Positions 25,778 through 39,460 are shown, numbered from the stretch's first letter. The stretch: DNA of 64,000 bases from Chiloscyllium plagiosum (GCF_004010195.1 NC_057751.1:18983387-19047386); one strand, 5' to 3'. Program-made: numbers and translations. The notes: generated by a model from the sequence alone, not told the origin.

Positions 25778-25939
25778 GGTATCACATGGAGTGAGGCTGG
25801 TGATCTCAAGATGAAGTCGGCATGGATTAGCGATTTTGGCTGAAGCCGGGTGCAACTATTACAGCTTGTCTGTTGTTCTGCTAATCAGGGCTCCCACATT
25901 GTGGATCAAGATGTTTCGTGGAACTTCTCTCCCCTCTTT

Positions 25940-27005
25940 CATTTCGATAAATGTGAGATGTTGCATTTTGGTAAGGCAGGACTTATGCAGTTGATAGACA
26001 ATAGACAGTCGGTGCAGGAGTAGGCCATTCGGCCCTTCGAGCCAGCACTACTATTCAATATGATCATGGCTAATCATCCTCAATCAGTATCCTGTTCCTG
26101 CCTTCTCTCCATAACCCTTGATTTCACTATCCTTAAGAGCTCTATCCAACTCTTTCTTGAAAGTATCCAGAGACTCAATGATGATTGGGCCCTGGTGAGT
26201 TTGCTGAATAAGGAGACTTAGGGGTGCAGGTGTTCCTTGGAAGTGGAGCTGCAGGTAGACAGGGTGGTGAAGAAGGCATTTGGCCTGCTTGCCATCATTG
26301 GTCAGAGTTAGGATGTCATTTTGTGGCTGTACAGGAAGTAAATGTTAGAACATTGCAAATAATTCTGGTCACCCTCCTATTGGAAAGATGCTGTTAAACT
26401 TGAGAGGGCGCAGCAAAGATGTATTAGGGTGTTGCATGGACTGGAGAGTTTGAATTTTAGGGAAAAGCTGCATAGGGTAGGACGTCTTTCCCTGGAGCGT
26501 TGGAGGCTGAGTAGTAACCTTATAGAAGTTTATAAAATCATGAGGGGCATAGTTTGGGTAAATAGCCAAGGTCTTTTCCTAAGGGTGGGGAGATCCAAAC
26601 CTAGATTAGGTTAGATTTCCTACAATGTGGAAACAGGCCCTTCGGCCCAACAGGTCCACACCGACCCTCCGAAGAGTAACCCACCCAGATCCATTTCCCT
26701 CTGACTAGTGAGATTAGATTAGAACTAGAAGGTTTAAGGTGAGAGGGGAAAGATTTTTTTAATAAAAACCCGAGAGGCAACCTTTTCACACAGAAGGTGG
26801 TGTGTATCTGGAATGAGCTGCCAGAGAAAGTGGAATAGGCTGGTACAATTACAATATTTAAAAAGGCATCTGGATGGGTACATGAATATGAAGGTGTAGA
26901 GGACCATGAGCCAAATGGTGGCAAATCAGACGAAGTCAGATTGGGATGTCAGGTCGGTCCAGACAGGTCGCATCAAAGGGTCTCTTCCCGTGCCATGTGA
27001 CTCTG
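25940..27005 (+). mobile_element. CR1 3' portion with nested CR1 tail (26004-26177, minus) and SINE tail fragment (26602-26720, minus)
   Basis: SLERWRLSSNLIEVYKIMRG and 3' UTR. Confidence 0.8.
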
Positions 27006-27123
27006 CTTAATTGTCCACCACCACTCAAACTAGATGTGACAGCAGTGCAGAGCTCTGATCCTGTGGCTTTAGGATCACGTAACCATCTAGCAAGTGGTGT
27101 TTGCTGTTTGGCACACAAGTAAA

Positions 27124-27381
27124 TGGCACGGTGGTTAGCATTGCTGCCTCACACTGCCTCGGGCAACTGTCTATGTGGAGTTTGCATATTCTCCCCGTGT
27201 CTGGTTTGCTCCGGTTTCCTCCCACAGTCCAAAGAGGTGCAGGTTAGGTGAATTGGCCATGCTAAATTGCCTGTAGTGTTAGGTGAAGGGGTAAGTGTAG
27301 GGGGGTGGGTTGCTCTTCAGAGTGTCGGTGTGGACTTGTTGGGCTGAAGGGCCTGTTTCCACACTGTCAGTAATCTAATCT
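27124..27381 (+). mobile_element. HE1-type SINE with internal deletion
   Basis: Head, V-domain, AATCTAATCT tail. Confidence 0.85.
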
Positions 27382-28310
27382 GAATCTTGTTTGGTTGCTG
27401 CATGTACTTGACACCACATTTTTAGTTATATTCTATGCTGGTGCTGGTGTGTCCTTGTGCATTGAACTCCCAGCCTTTTAGTAATTTGTAGAGTAGGGGA
27501 TTTTCCAGGCCATGAGATTCCAGATTGTAGCCGAATATAACTCTCTGCTCTTGATGGCCCACAACACTTCACGCGTGTCGGTTATTGAGTTGGTCGATCT
27601 GTTCAAAGTCGAGCCCGTTTACCACCGTGATAATGCCACACAGCACAATTGAGAACGTCTTCAACGCAAAAGAGCTTTGTATCCATGAGTATTTTTGTGG
27701 CGTTCACTCTGAGAGTCAAGAGTATGGTGCTGGGAAAGCACAACAGGTGAGGCAGCATCCGAGGAGCAGGAGAGTCAACGTTTTGGGCAAAAGCTGGCTG
27801 ACGCATCTGTGACAGTCAGATGGGTGAGGTCAGGCAAACTCCATTGCGGCCCCATGTTGGTTCCCCCACCAGTTTCCATAGAGCTAGTCTGATTCTCCAG
27901 TTCTGACGATGAGTCCGAGTGGATTTGGAGCATTAACTCTGCTCGTAGATGTCCAACCCACTGAGTTTCTAGTGTTCTATTTGTTTCACAATTCAGGCTT
28001 TGATTTAGGATTTTTTGGCATTCACCAATGATTTATCAATACTGACAATATTTCAATTCCAATTGTATTTAAACGCTTTCAGTTGTCACAGTGAGACTTG
28101 AACCTGTATCTCCGGAATATTTTTAGCCTAAACCTCTGAAGTCCCAGTTGAGTAACAAAGCCCATGTAACTGTGTTACACAGGCAGAGAAAGTCAACATT
28201 CTGCGCAAGTGTTGCCTTGTTTTCCCAGATGTTTGCACTGCAAATCACTGATACACTCCAAAATGAGGCTGGACATTTGAACCAGTGTTTGAGCTCTGAT
28301 TTAACTCAGT

Positions 28311-29541
28311 GATTTAGATGTACAGCATGGAAACAGATCCTTCAGTCCAACCCGTCCATGCCGACCAGATATCCCAACCCAATCTAGTCCCACCTGCCAG
28401 CACCCACCCTATATCCCTCCAAACCCTTCCTATTCATATATCAATCCAGATGTCTTTTAAATGTTGCAATTGTACAGCCTTGACCATTCCCTCTGGCAGC
28501 TCATTCCATACACGTACCACTCTCTGTGTGAAAAAGTTGCCCCTTAGGTCTCTTTTATATCTTTCCCCTCTCACCCTAAATCCTATGCCCTCTAGTTCTG
28601 GACTCAGTGACCCCAGGGAAAAGACTTTGCCTATTTATTTAGATTCGATTAGATTACTTACAGTGTGGAAACAGGCCCTTCAGCCTAACAAGTCCACACC
28701 GACCCGCCTAAGCACACCCAGCCAGACCCATTCCCCTACACCTAACCTGCATATGTTTGGACTGTTGGAGGAAACCCACGCAGACACAGGGAGAATGTGC
28801 AAACTCCACACAGACAGTCGCCGAGGTGGGAATTGAACCCGGGTCTCTGTGCCACTGTGCCGCACATAATCCATGCCCCTCATAATCTTATAACCTCTAT
28901 AAGATCACCCCTCAGCCTCCGACGCTCCAGGGAAAACAGCCCCAGCCTGTTCAGCCTCTTCCTATAGCACAAATCCTCCAACCCTGTCAACATCTTTCTA
29001 AATCTTTTCTGAACCCTTTCAAGTTTCACAACATCATTCCGATAGGAAGGAGACCAGAATTGCACGCAATATTCCATCAGTGGCCTAATCAATGTCCTGT
29101 ACAGCTGCAACATGACCTCCCAACTCCTGTACTCAATACTCTGACCAATAAAGGAAAGCATACCAAACGCCGCCTTAACTATCCTATCTACCTGCGACTC
29201 CACTTTCAAGGAGCTATGAACCTGCACTCCAAAGTCTCTTTGTTCAGCAACACTATCTAGGACCTTACCATTAAGTGTATAAGTCCTGCTATGATTTACT
29301 TTCCCAAAATGCAGCACTTTGCATTTATCTGAATTAAACTCCATCTGCCACTTCTCTGCCCATTGACCCATCTGGTCAAGATCCTGTTGTAATCTGAGGT
29401 AACCCTGTTCGCTGTCCACTACACCTCCAATTTTGGTGTCATCTGCAAACTTACTAACTGTACCTCATGCTTGCATCCAAATCATTTATGTAAATGACAA
29501 AAAGTAGAGGGCCCAGCACCGATCCTTGTGGCACTCCACTG
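28311..29541 (-). mobile_element. CR1 (HER1-type) RT C-terminal half + 3' UTR, with HE1 SINE at 28639-28863
   Basis: SGVPQGSVLGPLLFVIYINDLD; 179-aa ORF 28880-29419. Confidence 0.92.
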
Positions 29542-30217
29542 GATTGATTTAACAACATGTATACACTCATGGGATAGGAATAAATTGTCTTCCAGAATCT
29601 TGGACACATTGGAACATCTCTGGGCAGCTCAGAAGCCAGCAATTTTATATATTTTTATAGTTAAAATCAACAGTAAAAGAGAATCACTCTTAGGAAAGAA
29701 AAACACAAGTAAATATTTGAGTTTCACTTTCGAATGCTATCTGGACATCAGAGAGACCATTTGAATTATTTTTGCTGAACTACAGGTTGTCATGCTTGTC
29801 TTCCTGAACTGATCATCCGATCTTCCTTGTACTGGAATTCTGGGACATTCATCGAAATGGGACTCCAACTGACATAACAAAGGGAAGTGTTGTCCCATTA
29901 AGGGAGATATCGCAAGGCCTTCAGAAACTTTGCATTTACCAAAAGCTGCAACTGGTTATTCAAAGATTGATTAAATTTAGGAAAATCAACAGTATAATTG
30001 GAAGTGTGATTCTTGTTTTTCTCGTGCCTCAGTTAACACCATGTATCCTTATTTGATGATCTTTTGATTTGCAACAGTTTATATGTGTGTTTGCACGAGT
30101 AGAAGAGTGGTAAATATCCTCATAGGTATTCCATTCAAGCCTGCTCCATCGTTTAATACAATCATTGCTGATCGAGCACTTCATTGCCTTTACTCACACT
30201 ATCCCCATAACCCTTTA

Positions 30218-30531
30218 TGATTAGATTAGATTAGATTCCCTACAGTGTGGAAGCACGCCATTCAGCCCAACCAATTCACACCGACCCTCCGAAGAGTAAC
30301 CCACCCAGACCCATTTCCCCTGTGACTAATGAACCTCTAACTACAGGCAATGTAACATGGCCAATCCACCCTAACCTGCACATTCTTTGGACTGTGGGAG
30401 GAAACCGGAGCACCCGGAGGAAACTCACACAGACACGGGGAGAATGTGCAAACTCCACACAGACAGTCGCCCGAGGCTGGAATCGAACCTAGGACTCTGC
30501 TGTGAGGCAGCACTGAGCCATCGTGCTGCCC
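30218..30531 (-). mobile_element. HE1-type V-SINE inside an old minus-strand CR1 (~30105-32105)
   Basis: Head, V-domain and tail. Confidence 0.88.
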
Positions 30532-30718
30532 AATTTATGCTAATGGCAATCAGAAATCTATTAATCTTCAAACATATTCAACGACTGAGATTTCATAACA
30601 GCATTCCAAAGATTTAAAACCCTCCATGTAAACAAAATTCTCCTCTTCTTATCCCTAAGTGGTATTTCTTTATTTTGAAATGACATACTCTGTTTCAAGA
30701 CTCCCCAAGGCGAGGAAA

Positions 30719-31652
30719 TTAGGTTAGACTAGATTACATACAGTGTGGAAACAGGCCCTTCGGCCCAACAAGTCCACACCGACCCTCCAAAGGGCAACCC
30801 ACCCAGACCCATTCCCCTACATTTACCCCTGACTAGTCATAGAGTCATAGAAATGTACAGCACGGAAACAGACCCTTCGGTCCAACCCGTTCATGCCGAC
30901 CAGATATCCCAACCCAATCTAGTCCCACCTGCCAGCATCTATCCTGTCTGTACCTAACATATGCTTCCTTCTTTTTCTTAACCAAACCCTCAATTTCTTT
31001 AGTCACCCAGCATTCCCTATACCTACCAGCCTTCACTATCACCCTGACAGGAATATACTTTCTCTGGATTCTTGTTATCTCATTTCTGAAGGCTTCCCAT
31101 TACATCTGCCTCCAATCAGCTTTCGAAAGTTCTTGCCTAATACCATCAAAATTGGCCTTTCTCCAATTTAGAACTTCAACTTTTAGATATGTTCTATCCT
31201 TTTACATCATTATTTTAAAATGAATAGAATTATGGTCCCTGGCCCCAAAGTGCTCCCCCCGACACCTCATTCACCTGCCCTGCCTTATTTCCCAAGAGGG
31301 ACTAGTGCACCTAATACTATGGACAATTCAGCATAGCCAATTCACCCTAACCTGCACATCCCTGAGCACTATGTGTAATTTAGCATGGCCAATTCACCCT
31401 AACCTGCACATCCCTGAGCACTATGGGTAATTTAGCACGGCCAATTCACCCGAACCTGCACATCCCTGAGCACTATGGGTAATTTAGCACGGCCAATTCA
31501 CCCGAACCTGCACATCTTTGTACTGTGGGAGGAAACCCACGCAGACACGGGGAGAATGTGTAAACTCCACACAGTCACCCGAGGCTGGAATTGAATCTGG
31601 GACCCTGGTGCTGTGAGGCAGCAGTGCTAACCACTGAGCCACCGTGCCGCCC
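30719..31652 (-). mobile_element. HE1-type SINE with ~4 x 52-bp array, interrupted by an internally deleted CR1 (30838-31299)
   Basis: TSD GACTAGT at 30831-30837 and 31300-31306 around the CR1 insert; array 31313-31516. Confidence 0.85.
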
Positions 31653-32579
31653 TAAAAGATAGAGCTTCAATTAAGCATAGTGCGCCTGATGTGCATCTAC
31701 TCTTTAAGTATTTTCCAAGTTTCAAAGAGATCATCATATTCTTCAAGCGTGTGGAGAATACAGGCCGGGTTTGCCCAATATCTCTTCCTAGGACAATCCC
31801 ACCATCCAAGAACATGTATGCATTGTGTTCCCTTTATATCCTTCCTCAGATAAGGAGACAAAACTGTATTTATTACTCCATGTGTGGTCAAGTCAAGCTT
31901 CATGTCAATTAAAGCACAACTTTGTTATTCCTATTCTTTTCATAAAAAATAGATCTCATTAGCCTTCCTAATAGCTTGTCCCTGCATGTTAGCCTTCAGT
32001 GACACATTGCAAGAGCACCCACCTCCCTTTGTATAAAATCACTTTTTCTCCATTTATGAAATAGCATGCACATCCGTTTTGCCTACCAAAGAGGATAACC
32101 TCACGTTTGATTTGACTCAGTTATTGTCACGTAGTTTGTTACAAAATACAGTGAAAAGTTTGTATCGTGTCACCCCTATCGATCCCATCTTAAAACACAG
32201 AAACAAATCAAAACATTGAGTATAAAGGCAGAAGAAATTTTTTAAAAATTTGCAACTTTACAGTCGTTGTTAAGTGCACCATCATGGGCCTAGTGCCCAA
32301 AACAAGTTACAGAATCACAGAGTCGTACTGCACAGAAAAAGGCCCTTTGACCCAAACTGGTCTATGTCAACCTAAATGTCCATCCAAACTTGCCACATTT
32401 TCCTGCACTTAGCCCAAATCCATCTAATCATTGTCCATCTGAGATATCCCCACTGTTCAGTGCCAACTCACCTCCATCGATGCCCTTGCCACTATTAAGT
32501 CCTTGCTGGACCTCGCCAATGTTGCCGGATACTGCACTGACCAACCATTCATCATGAGTCTGCTTCAGGCCTTCCTCAG

Positions 32580-35298
32580 TGTTAGAGAAATTAGCCCAAT
32601 AAAGCAGAGATCACAAAACACAGCTCGAAGCAAAATGAACAAATACAGCGATTTCGTGGAAGAGAAATCGACTAAGCTAAAAGTTTTTTTTTATTTCTAA
32701 AATATACTTTATTCATAAAATAATTTGATGGTCTGTACAGTTGGTCATGCCATACAAACATAAACATTTGCATACAGAGATCAGAATTTATCATTTGTAT
32801 ATACAGGTCTGTACGTTTATCAATCATATGTCCATATATTTAGCTGAGGCGTCAGCAGGTCCCAAATGACTGCGTGGGCCCACTGTTCTTCTTAGGCAGG
32901 CAGGTGTTACACGGTGGTCTTTCCCCACCGCGCCTTGGCTTCAGCTGCCCCAAGCTTCAGCGCGTACCTCAAAACGTAGTCCTGGACCTTGGAATGTGCC
33001 AGTCTGCAGCACTCAGTCGGGGTCAACTCCTTCAGCTGGAAGATCAACAGGTTTTGGACTGCCCAGAGAGCGTCCTTCACCGAGTTGATGATCCTCCAGG
33101 CACAGTTGATGTTCGTCTCGGTGTGCGCCCCGGGGAACAGACCATAGAGCACGGAGTCCCGCATCACGTGCTGCTCAGGACGAACCTCGACAAACACCAG
33201 TGCATTCCTCTCCAGACTTCTGCATAGGCACATTCCAGAAGGAGGTGTGTGACAGTCTCATCCCCCCCCCAGCTGCTTCAAGGCAGCGTGCGGTGCGGCT
33301 GAGAGTCCGGGCGTGCATAAAGGATCTCACAGGCAGAGCCCTTCTCACCACCAGCCAAGCCATGTCTTGGTGCTTGTTGGAAAGTTCTGGCAATGAGGCA
33401 TTCTGCCAAATGGCTTTGACAGTCTGCTCAAGGAACCTCTCGATAGGATCAGCCCTCTCCTTTTCCCGAAGGGTCTCAAGGACCCTACGTGCTGACCACT
33501 TCCTGATGGACTTGTGGTCAAAGGTGTTTTTCTTCATAAACTTCTCCACGGAGGACAGGTGATACGGAACGGTCCAACGACTCATAGCGTTCCGCAGCAG
33601 CGAGGCCAGGCCCATCCTTCGCAACACCGGGGACAGGTAGAACCTCAGTATGTAGTGACACTTGGTGTTTGCGTACCGGGGATCCACGCACAGCTTGATG
33701 CAGCCACACACAAAGGTGGCCATCAGGGTGAGGGTGGCATTGGGTGTATTTTTTCCCCGTTGCCCACATCGAGTCCCTTCAGACCCGGTCCATCTTTGAC
33801 CTCCATATAAACTGGAAAATGGCCCGGGTGACTGCAGCGGCACAGGGTCTGGGAATAGCCTAGACCTGTGCCATGCATAACAGTAATGACAGTGCCTCAC
33901 ACCTGATGACCAGGTTTTTCCCGTGATGGAGAGCGACCGTAGCTTCCATCTGCCCAGTTTCTGCCTCACTTTGCTGATACGCTCCTCCCAAGACTTGGCT
34001 CACGCCCCAGCTCCCCCGAACCAAATGCCCAGCACCTTCAGGTGGTCGGTCCTGACAGTGAAGGGGATCGAGAATTGGTCGGCCCAGTTCCCGAAGAGCA
34101 TGGCCTCGCTCTTGCCTCGGTTTACCTTGGCCCCCAAGGCCCGTTCGAACTGGTCACATATGCACATGAGTCTGCGCACGGACAGCGGATTCGAGCAGAA
34201 AATGGCGACGTCATCCATGTACAGGGAGGCCTTATCCTGCAGGCCCACACTGCCAGGAATAGTCACCTCTGTCAGGCTCGCATCCTTCCTGATGGGCTTG
34301 GCAAATGGCTCTATGCAGCACACAAGCAAGGCAGGAGAGAGAGAGAAGGCAGCCCTGCCTGACTCCAGATCTGACTGGGAAGCTATCTGATTCCCACCCA
34401 TTGACTGAGACTGCACTGACAATTTTGGTGTAGGGCAGTCTGATCCAATTGCAGATTCCCTCCCCAAAGCCCATTTTGGAGGGAACATCTCTCATATACG
34501 TGTGTGATATCCTGTCAAAGGCTTTCTCCTGGTCCAGGCTGATCAGGTAGGTGTCCAACCCTCTGTCCTGCACGTAGGCGATCGTATCCCTGAGGAGTGC
34601 GAGACTCTCAGTGATCTTCCTGCCCGGTACAGCATAGGTTCGACTGAGCTGAAACAGCACAGTTCAGGTAGCTGAAACTCTCTTCCCTGAGCAGAGAATC
34701 AAGCCAGGTTTTATATGGATATTGCGCAATGGTCTTAATCGAAAATCGGGAAAATACAATAATCAAGTAATCCAGTTACCATGGTGATAATCACAAAGTA
34801 GTTATCAGAAGAATGCCCTGAATGTGAACACAATGTAGCGCCTGGCAGCATCAGTCAGTCTTTAATGGGATCAGGAGATTCCAGCTCTCTTCCCCGGGTA
34901 GATGAGAATGTCCCTTTCCTTGGCAGTAAGATGTTTCTATTGTTTCTCTCCTGTGAGCGAGGTATTCTAGTGCCTCTCCGTCTGACCTCTGTCCTTTGTA
35001 AGGCGTTGGCATCACTGGGGTATGAGACTGCCCTTAGGGCTGTGCTTATCAGATACAGGAAGCTTATCGTTAGCTTGTCTTGGAAAGTGTATTCCCTGGT
35101 CTGCAAGTGCTATGGTCATGCCTGGGATCCCTTGTCAGCCTGTTTGGTCAATACTGAGGCATTCTGGGTGTTCTTGTATGGTTTGGACGGGTTTGATTTC
35201 CTGTGTTCTGTGTGGCCGTGTTAGGCATCGGACAGATAATCCTCCGTGTCTGAGTCAGACTGAGCAGAGGTTGTCTCAGGGGCAGAGCTGTTCCCCCA
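32580..35298 (-). repeat. ERV 3' LTR (~0.76 kb without the Tx1 insert; outer U3 boundary uncertain)
   Basis: Aligns with 40709-42300; TATAAAA on minus at 34709-34715. Confidence 0.8.
32684..34639 (-). mobile_element. L1/Tx1-clade LINE, 5'-truncated ORF2 with poly(A)
   Basis: SLDQEKAFDRISH, SGVRQGC, LYMDDV, LKVLGIWFG, C-terminal Cys/His region; poly-T at 32684; TSD TCGACTAAGCTAAAA (32668) / TCGACTGAGCTGAAA (34640). Confidence 0.92.
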
Positions 35299-35303
35299 GT
35301 GTT

Positions 35304-35692
35304 TAGATTAGATTAGATTACTTACAGTGTGGAAACGGGCCCTTCGGCCCAACAAGTCCACACCAACCCTCCGAAGAGCAGCCCACCCAGACCCATTCCC
35401 CTACATGTACCCCTACACCTTACACAACGGGCAATTTAGCATGGCCAATTCACCCTAACCTGCACATCTTTGGATTGTGGGAGGAAATCTGAGCACCCAG
35501 AGGAAACCCACGCAGACACGGGGAGAATGTGCCAACTCCACACAGACAGGCGGGAATCGAACCCAGGACCCTGGTGCTGTGAGGCAGCAGTGCTAACCAC
35601 TGAGCCACTGTGCTGCCCACCTTAAAGATTAGATTCCCTACAGTGTGGAAGCAGGCTCTTCGGCCCAACACGTCCACATAGACCCTCTGAAG
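35304..35692 (-). mobile_element. HE1-type SINE plus a second 3' fragment
   Basis: Full copy 35304-35620, tail fragment 35626-35692. Confidence 0.88.
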
Positions 35693-35694
35693 AA

Positions 35695-36950
35695 GCTGAA
35701 CGGTGAGGGGGGCAGAGGGCAGTAGTATTTCTCACAGGCGTGAACAGCACAGTCCGATGGCCGCGACCAGCACCACAATCCCGGCAATGATAGCAATGAA
35801 GGCTATCAGTCCCTGTAGCAGGGCCGTGCCCATGAGCCCAGCGGGGAGGCTGCCCAGTCCCATAGGTCCCAGTGGGAGTTCCCCTCATGCAGGACTGAAA
35901 TGAGGGCACATGTGCCATCAGGTAGAGAGCTACATCAATGGCTATGGGTCATGGGCTTTGGGGAGGGGGAAGACTGGGTGTGAGAGATGAATGGTACCAC
36001 CCAGGACAACAGCAGCCAGGGGTCAGCTTTGTGACCACAGATAAAATCGGTGCCATTGTAGGTCCGGAGTTGGTGGGTCTGGGTCCCAATCCAGACGGCG
36101 AGGGAAGTGATATTCTGGGGGGGTTGAGGACCTGTAGGTTTAATATACTGCATTCTCTAGCAGATCGCCGTGCTGTGGGAGTTAGGAGCAGGGAGTCAGT
36201 GCGCCGGCTCCAACCAGCTTCCCACCCAGATGGCTGTGTGCTTTTTAAACAGACAGATCCTGCAGGTGACCCGTGTGTGCTGGTGTCAGCAATGGTCAGG
36301 GCTGGAGGCTCATGGGAAAGGTTGTAGGCCGGGTAAAACCACCCTTTAAATTTGTCCAGGTGGTACCCTGCAGATCTCCAGTGGGCAGGGCTATTGTCCC
36401 CGTAGTTGCTCATAGCTGGTAGTATGTTGAGTGTGGGAACCTCAGGGGGACTGTTTGGTTACAGCCACCACTCTGTCACGTCAGAGATGGGTGGCACGGT
36501 GGCACAGTGGTTAGCACTGCTGCCCCACAGCACCAGGGACCCGGGTTCAATTCCTGCCACGGGTACCTGTCTGTGTGGAGTTTGCACATTCTCCCCGTGT
36601 CTGCGTGGGTTTCCTCCGGGTGCTCCAGTTTCCTCCCACAGTCCAAAAGATGCGCAGGTTAGGGGGAATTGGCCATACTAACTTGCCCGTAGTGTTAGGT
36701 GTAGGGAAATGGGTCTGGGTGGGTTGTTCTTCGGAGGGTCGGCGTGGGCTTGTTGGGCCGAAGGGTCTGTTCCCACACTGTGGGGAATCTAATCTTAAAG
36801 GGGATTGAAACTGAGGGAATGCCCCCGTGAGACTGGACGGGGACCTAGTGCAGACCCAGCAGCGGGTCTGATTAAATTGCTTGAGCATCCTCAGTAAAGT
36901 GTTGGCCTACAAGTCACGGCGGATTATTAAATGTCTCGCCCCTTATCCCT
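35695..36950 (-). pseudogene. env: Retroviral envelope remnant (gamma-type SU, membrane-proximal region and TM helix)
   Basis: NQTRCWVC (CxxC motif), NGTDFICGHKADPW, then WDLWDWAASPLGSWARPLLQGLIAFIAIIAGIVVLVAAIGLCC; frameshifts; SINE at 36489-36794. Confidence 0.8.
36489..36794 (+). mobile_element. HE1-type V-SINE inserted in env
   Basis: Head, V-domain and tail. Confidence 0.9.
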
Positions 36951-37639
36951 GTTTCCCGGCAAGTCACAGTGTGACGGTCAGACAGGTCAGACTGAGGGTG
37001 ATGATGGTGAAGGCTGCACTGGATCTGTCTCCGGTTTCCTGAGCGGTGCCTTCCCCTCTCTGGTCCCGGTCCACTGGAAGTGGAGCTCTGTTGCAGGAGG
37101 TGGCATGCATCCATTTGGGCCGTCCTTCCACTTTTACAGCTGTCCGGGTGGTCAGAAGGATCTCTCTGTCGGAGAGAGAGAGTCCTTTTCGAGTGATTTT
37201 AGCATGGCATAGACCCTGGGTTGGAACGGATGAATTGGCACTGGTTGGGGTTTGGGCAGCACAGCTCTGACCTGGTCGTGCTTGACATTAATGCTTCTGC
37301 GGAGGGCTTGTACACAGTTCAGCAGAGCCTCTTGCGTCAGGAGAAGGGCTGTGTCCATGGAGAGCTTTGGGGGTCTGGTGGCGGTGGGCATAGGTTCCCC
37401 CATGAGCAAATCAAAAGGGGTGAGTCCGGTCATGCCGTTTGCCTGACCACATATAGTGTAAGGAACTAGTGGCAAGGCATCTGGCCAGGTCAGTCCTGTG
37501 TCTTGGGTGATCTCGATCGATGTGGCTTTAAGGGGAATCGTTCATCCGTTTGACCATGCCTGATGACAGGGGTTGGTAGGGGATGTGGTGTTGTCATGGT
37601 ATGGTCTAGTGCCTTGCTAATACCAGTCGTGAGCCTAGC

Positions 37640-38567
37640 AGTGATGTGAGCACTGCTGCCTTACAGTGCCAGGGACTCGGGTTCGATCCCAGGCTCGGGC
37701 GACTGTCTGTGTGGAGTTTGCGCATTCTCCCCGTGTCTGTGTGGGTTTCCTCCAGGTGCTTCGGTTTCCTCCCACAGTCCAAAGATGTGCAGGTTAGGGT
37801 GGATTGGTCATGCTAAATTACCCATAGTGCTCAGGTATATGCAGGTTAGGGTGGATTGGTCATGCTAAATTACCCATAGTGCTCAGGGATGTGCAGGTTA
37901 AGGTGGATTGGCCATGCTAAATTACCCATAGTGCTCAGGAATATGCAGGTTAGGGTGAATTGGCTGTGCTAAATTACCCATAGTGCTCAAGGATTTGCAG
38001 GTTCGGGTGGATTGGCCATGGTAAATTACCCATAGTGCTCAGGGATGTGCAGGTTAGGGTGAATTGGCCGTGCTAAATTACCCATAGTGCTAGGGATGTG
38101 CAGGTTAGGGTGAATTGACCATGCTAAATTACCCCATAGTGCTCAGGGATGTGCAGGTTAGGGTGAATTGACCATGGTAAATTACCCATAGTGCTCAGGG
38201 ATGTGTAGGTTAGGGTGGATTGGCCATGGTAAATTACCCATAGTGCTCAGGGATGTGTAGGTTAGGGTGGATTGGCCATGCTAAATTACCCCATAGTGCT
38301 AGGGATGTGCAGGTTAGGTGAATTGACCGTGCTAAATTACCCCATAGTGCTCAGGGATGTGCAGGTTAGGGTGGATTGGCCGTGCTAAATTACCCATAGT
38401 GCTCAGGGATGTGCAGGTTAGGGTGAATTGGACATTCTAAATTGCCCATAGTGACAGGTGCATTAGTCAGAGACTAGTGGGTCTGGATGGGTTACTCTTC
38501 AGAAGGTCGGTGTGGATTGGTTGGGCTGAAGGGCCCATTTCCACACCGAGGGAATCTAATCTAATCT
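37640..38567 (+). mobile_element. HE1-type SINE with ~13 x 52-bp array, inside integrase
   Basis: Array 37784-38452 between SINE head and tail. Confidence 0.9.
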
Positions 38568-39460
38568 TATACCAGGATTGCGTGACAGTGTGTAACATGC
38601 CCCTCTTGCCTGTGTGGCCCACGCCATGGACTTCCAGAGCCAATGTGTGTAGGTGGGCTCTCAAGCAAATGATGTGGCCAACGGGGTGGACAACTGCGTG
38701 GCCCCAATGCGGGTCCAACTGTACTTTTGTTGCGGTGGAGCAACTCGCACCGCTTCCACAGGGTCAGTGACCTACTGCAGCCGTTGCTATTCTGGGGGCC
38801 TGCCTGCAGGATGTCGGTGATGGGATGCAGTGCGGCTACCCAGGCTGCTGCAACATTCCTGAGGGTGGCAGAGGTATGGGCAGCGCATTTTATAACCGCT
38901 AGGGCAGAGGGTAACAGGACTGCTTCCAGGAGGTTGGAGATTAGCGCAGCGTTATTGCAGTGGCCTTCCCTGCTGAAGTGATGAACCCTCTCTATTCCCA
39001 GAGTCCGAATGCCTGAAGGAGGACCCATCCGTAAAGAGTATGAGGTCAGTGTTGCCTAAAGGGGTTTCAGAGAGGTCAGGGGTGACCACCTGCTGAACAA
39101 GGTTGAAACAGTCATGGCTGTCCGCAATGGAGTTCTGAGGGAGTGTGAGCAGGGAGGCGGGGTTCAATGCAGGAGCACACTTTTAGGGACAGGTTAGCTT
39201 TGGACAGTAAAGCGACCTCATTGCCAGGTCTCCAGGTGACAGTGAAATGTTGGGTTGCTGCTGAAGTTAGCAGTAAGAAGACCGAATGGGGAATCAGTAC
39301 AGTGCATGGGTCATGCAGCACGATGGGGATGGCATTTTCTACTGTTACCCCAGCTGCTGCCTCAGCTCTCAAACATGCCAGCATTCCCCTTACATTGGCA
39401 GTACATGCACAGAGTAAAACAACAACAGGGCGCTGGAGATCCCCATGGAACTTTGTCAAG

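Noticed and set aside
29540..30110. Exon candidates in AT-rich unique DNA (similarly 9900-9990, 45680-45830, 50560-50630, 60340-60450)
   Set aside because: Short open frames on either strand with incomplete splice signals and no recognisable homology
36489..36560. tRNA genes at A/B-box-like sequences
   Set aside because: They are SINE heads that run into the V-domain and LINE-derived tail
37784..38452. Interstitial telomeric repeat
   Set aside because: Only one TTAGGG per 52-bp unit; no (TTAGGG)n run
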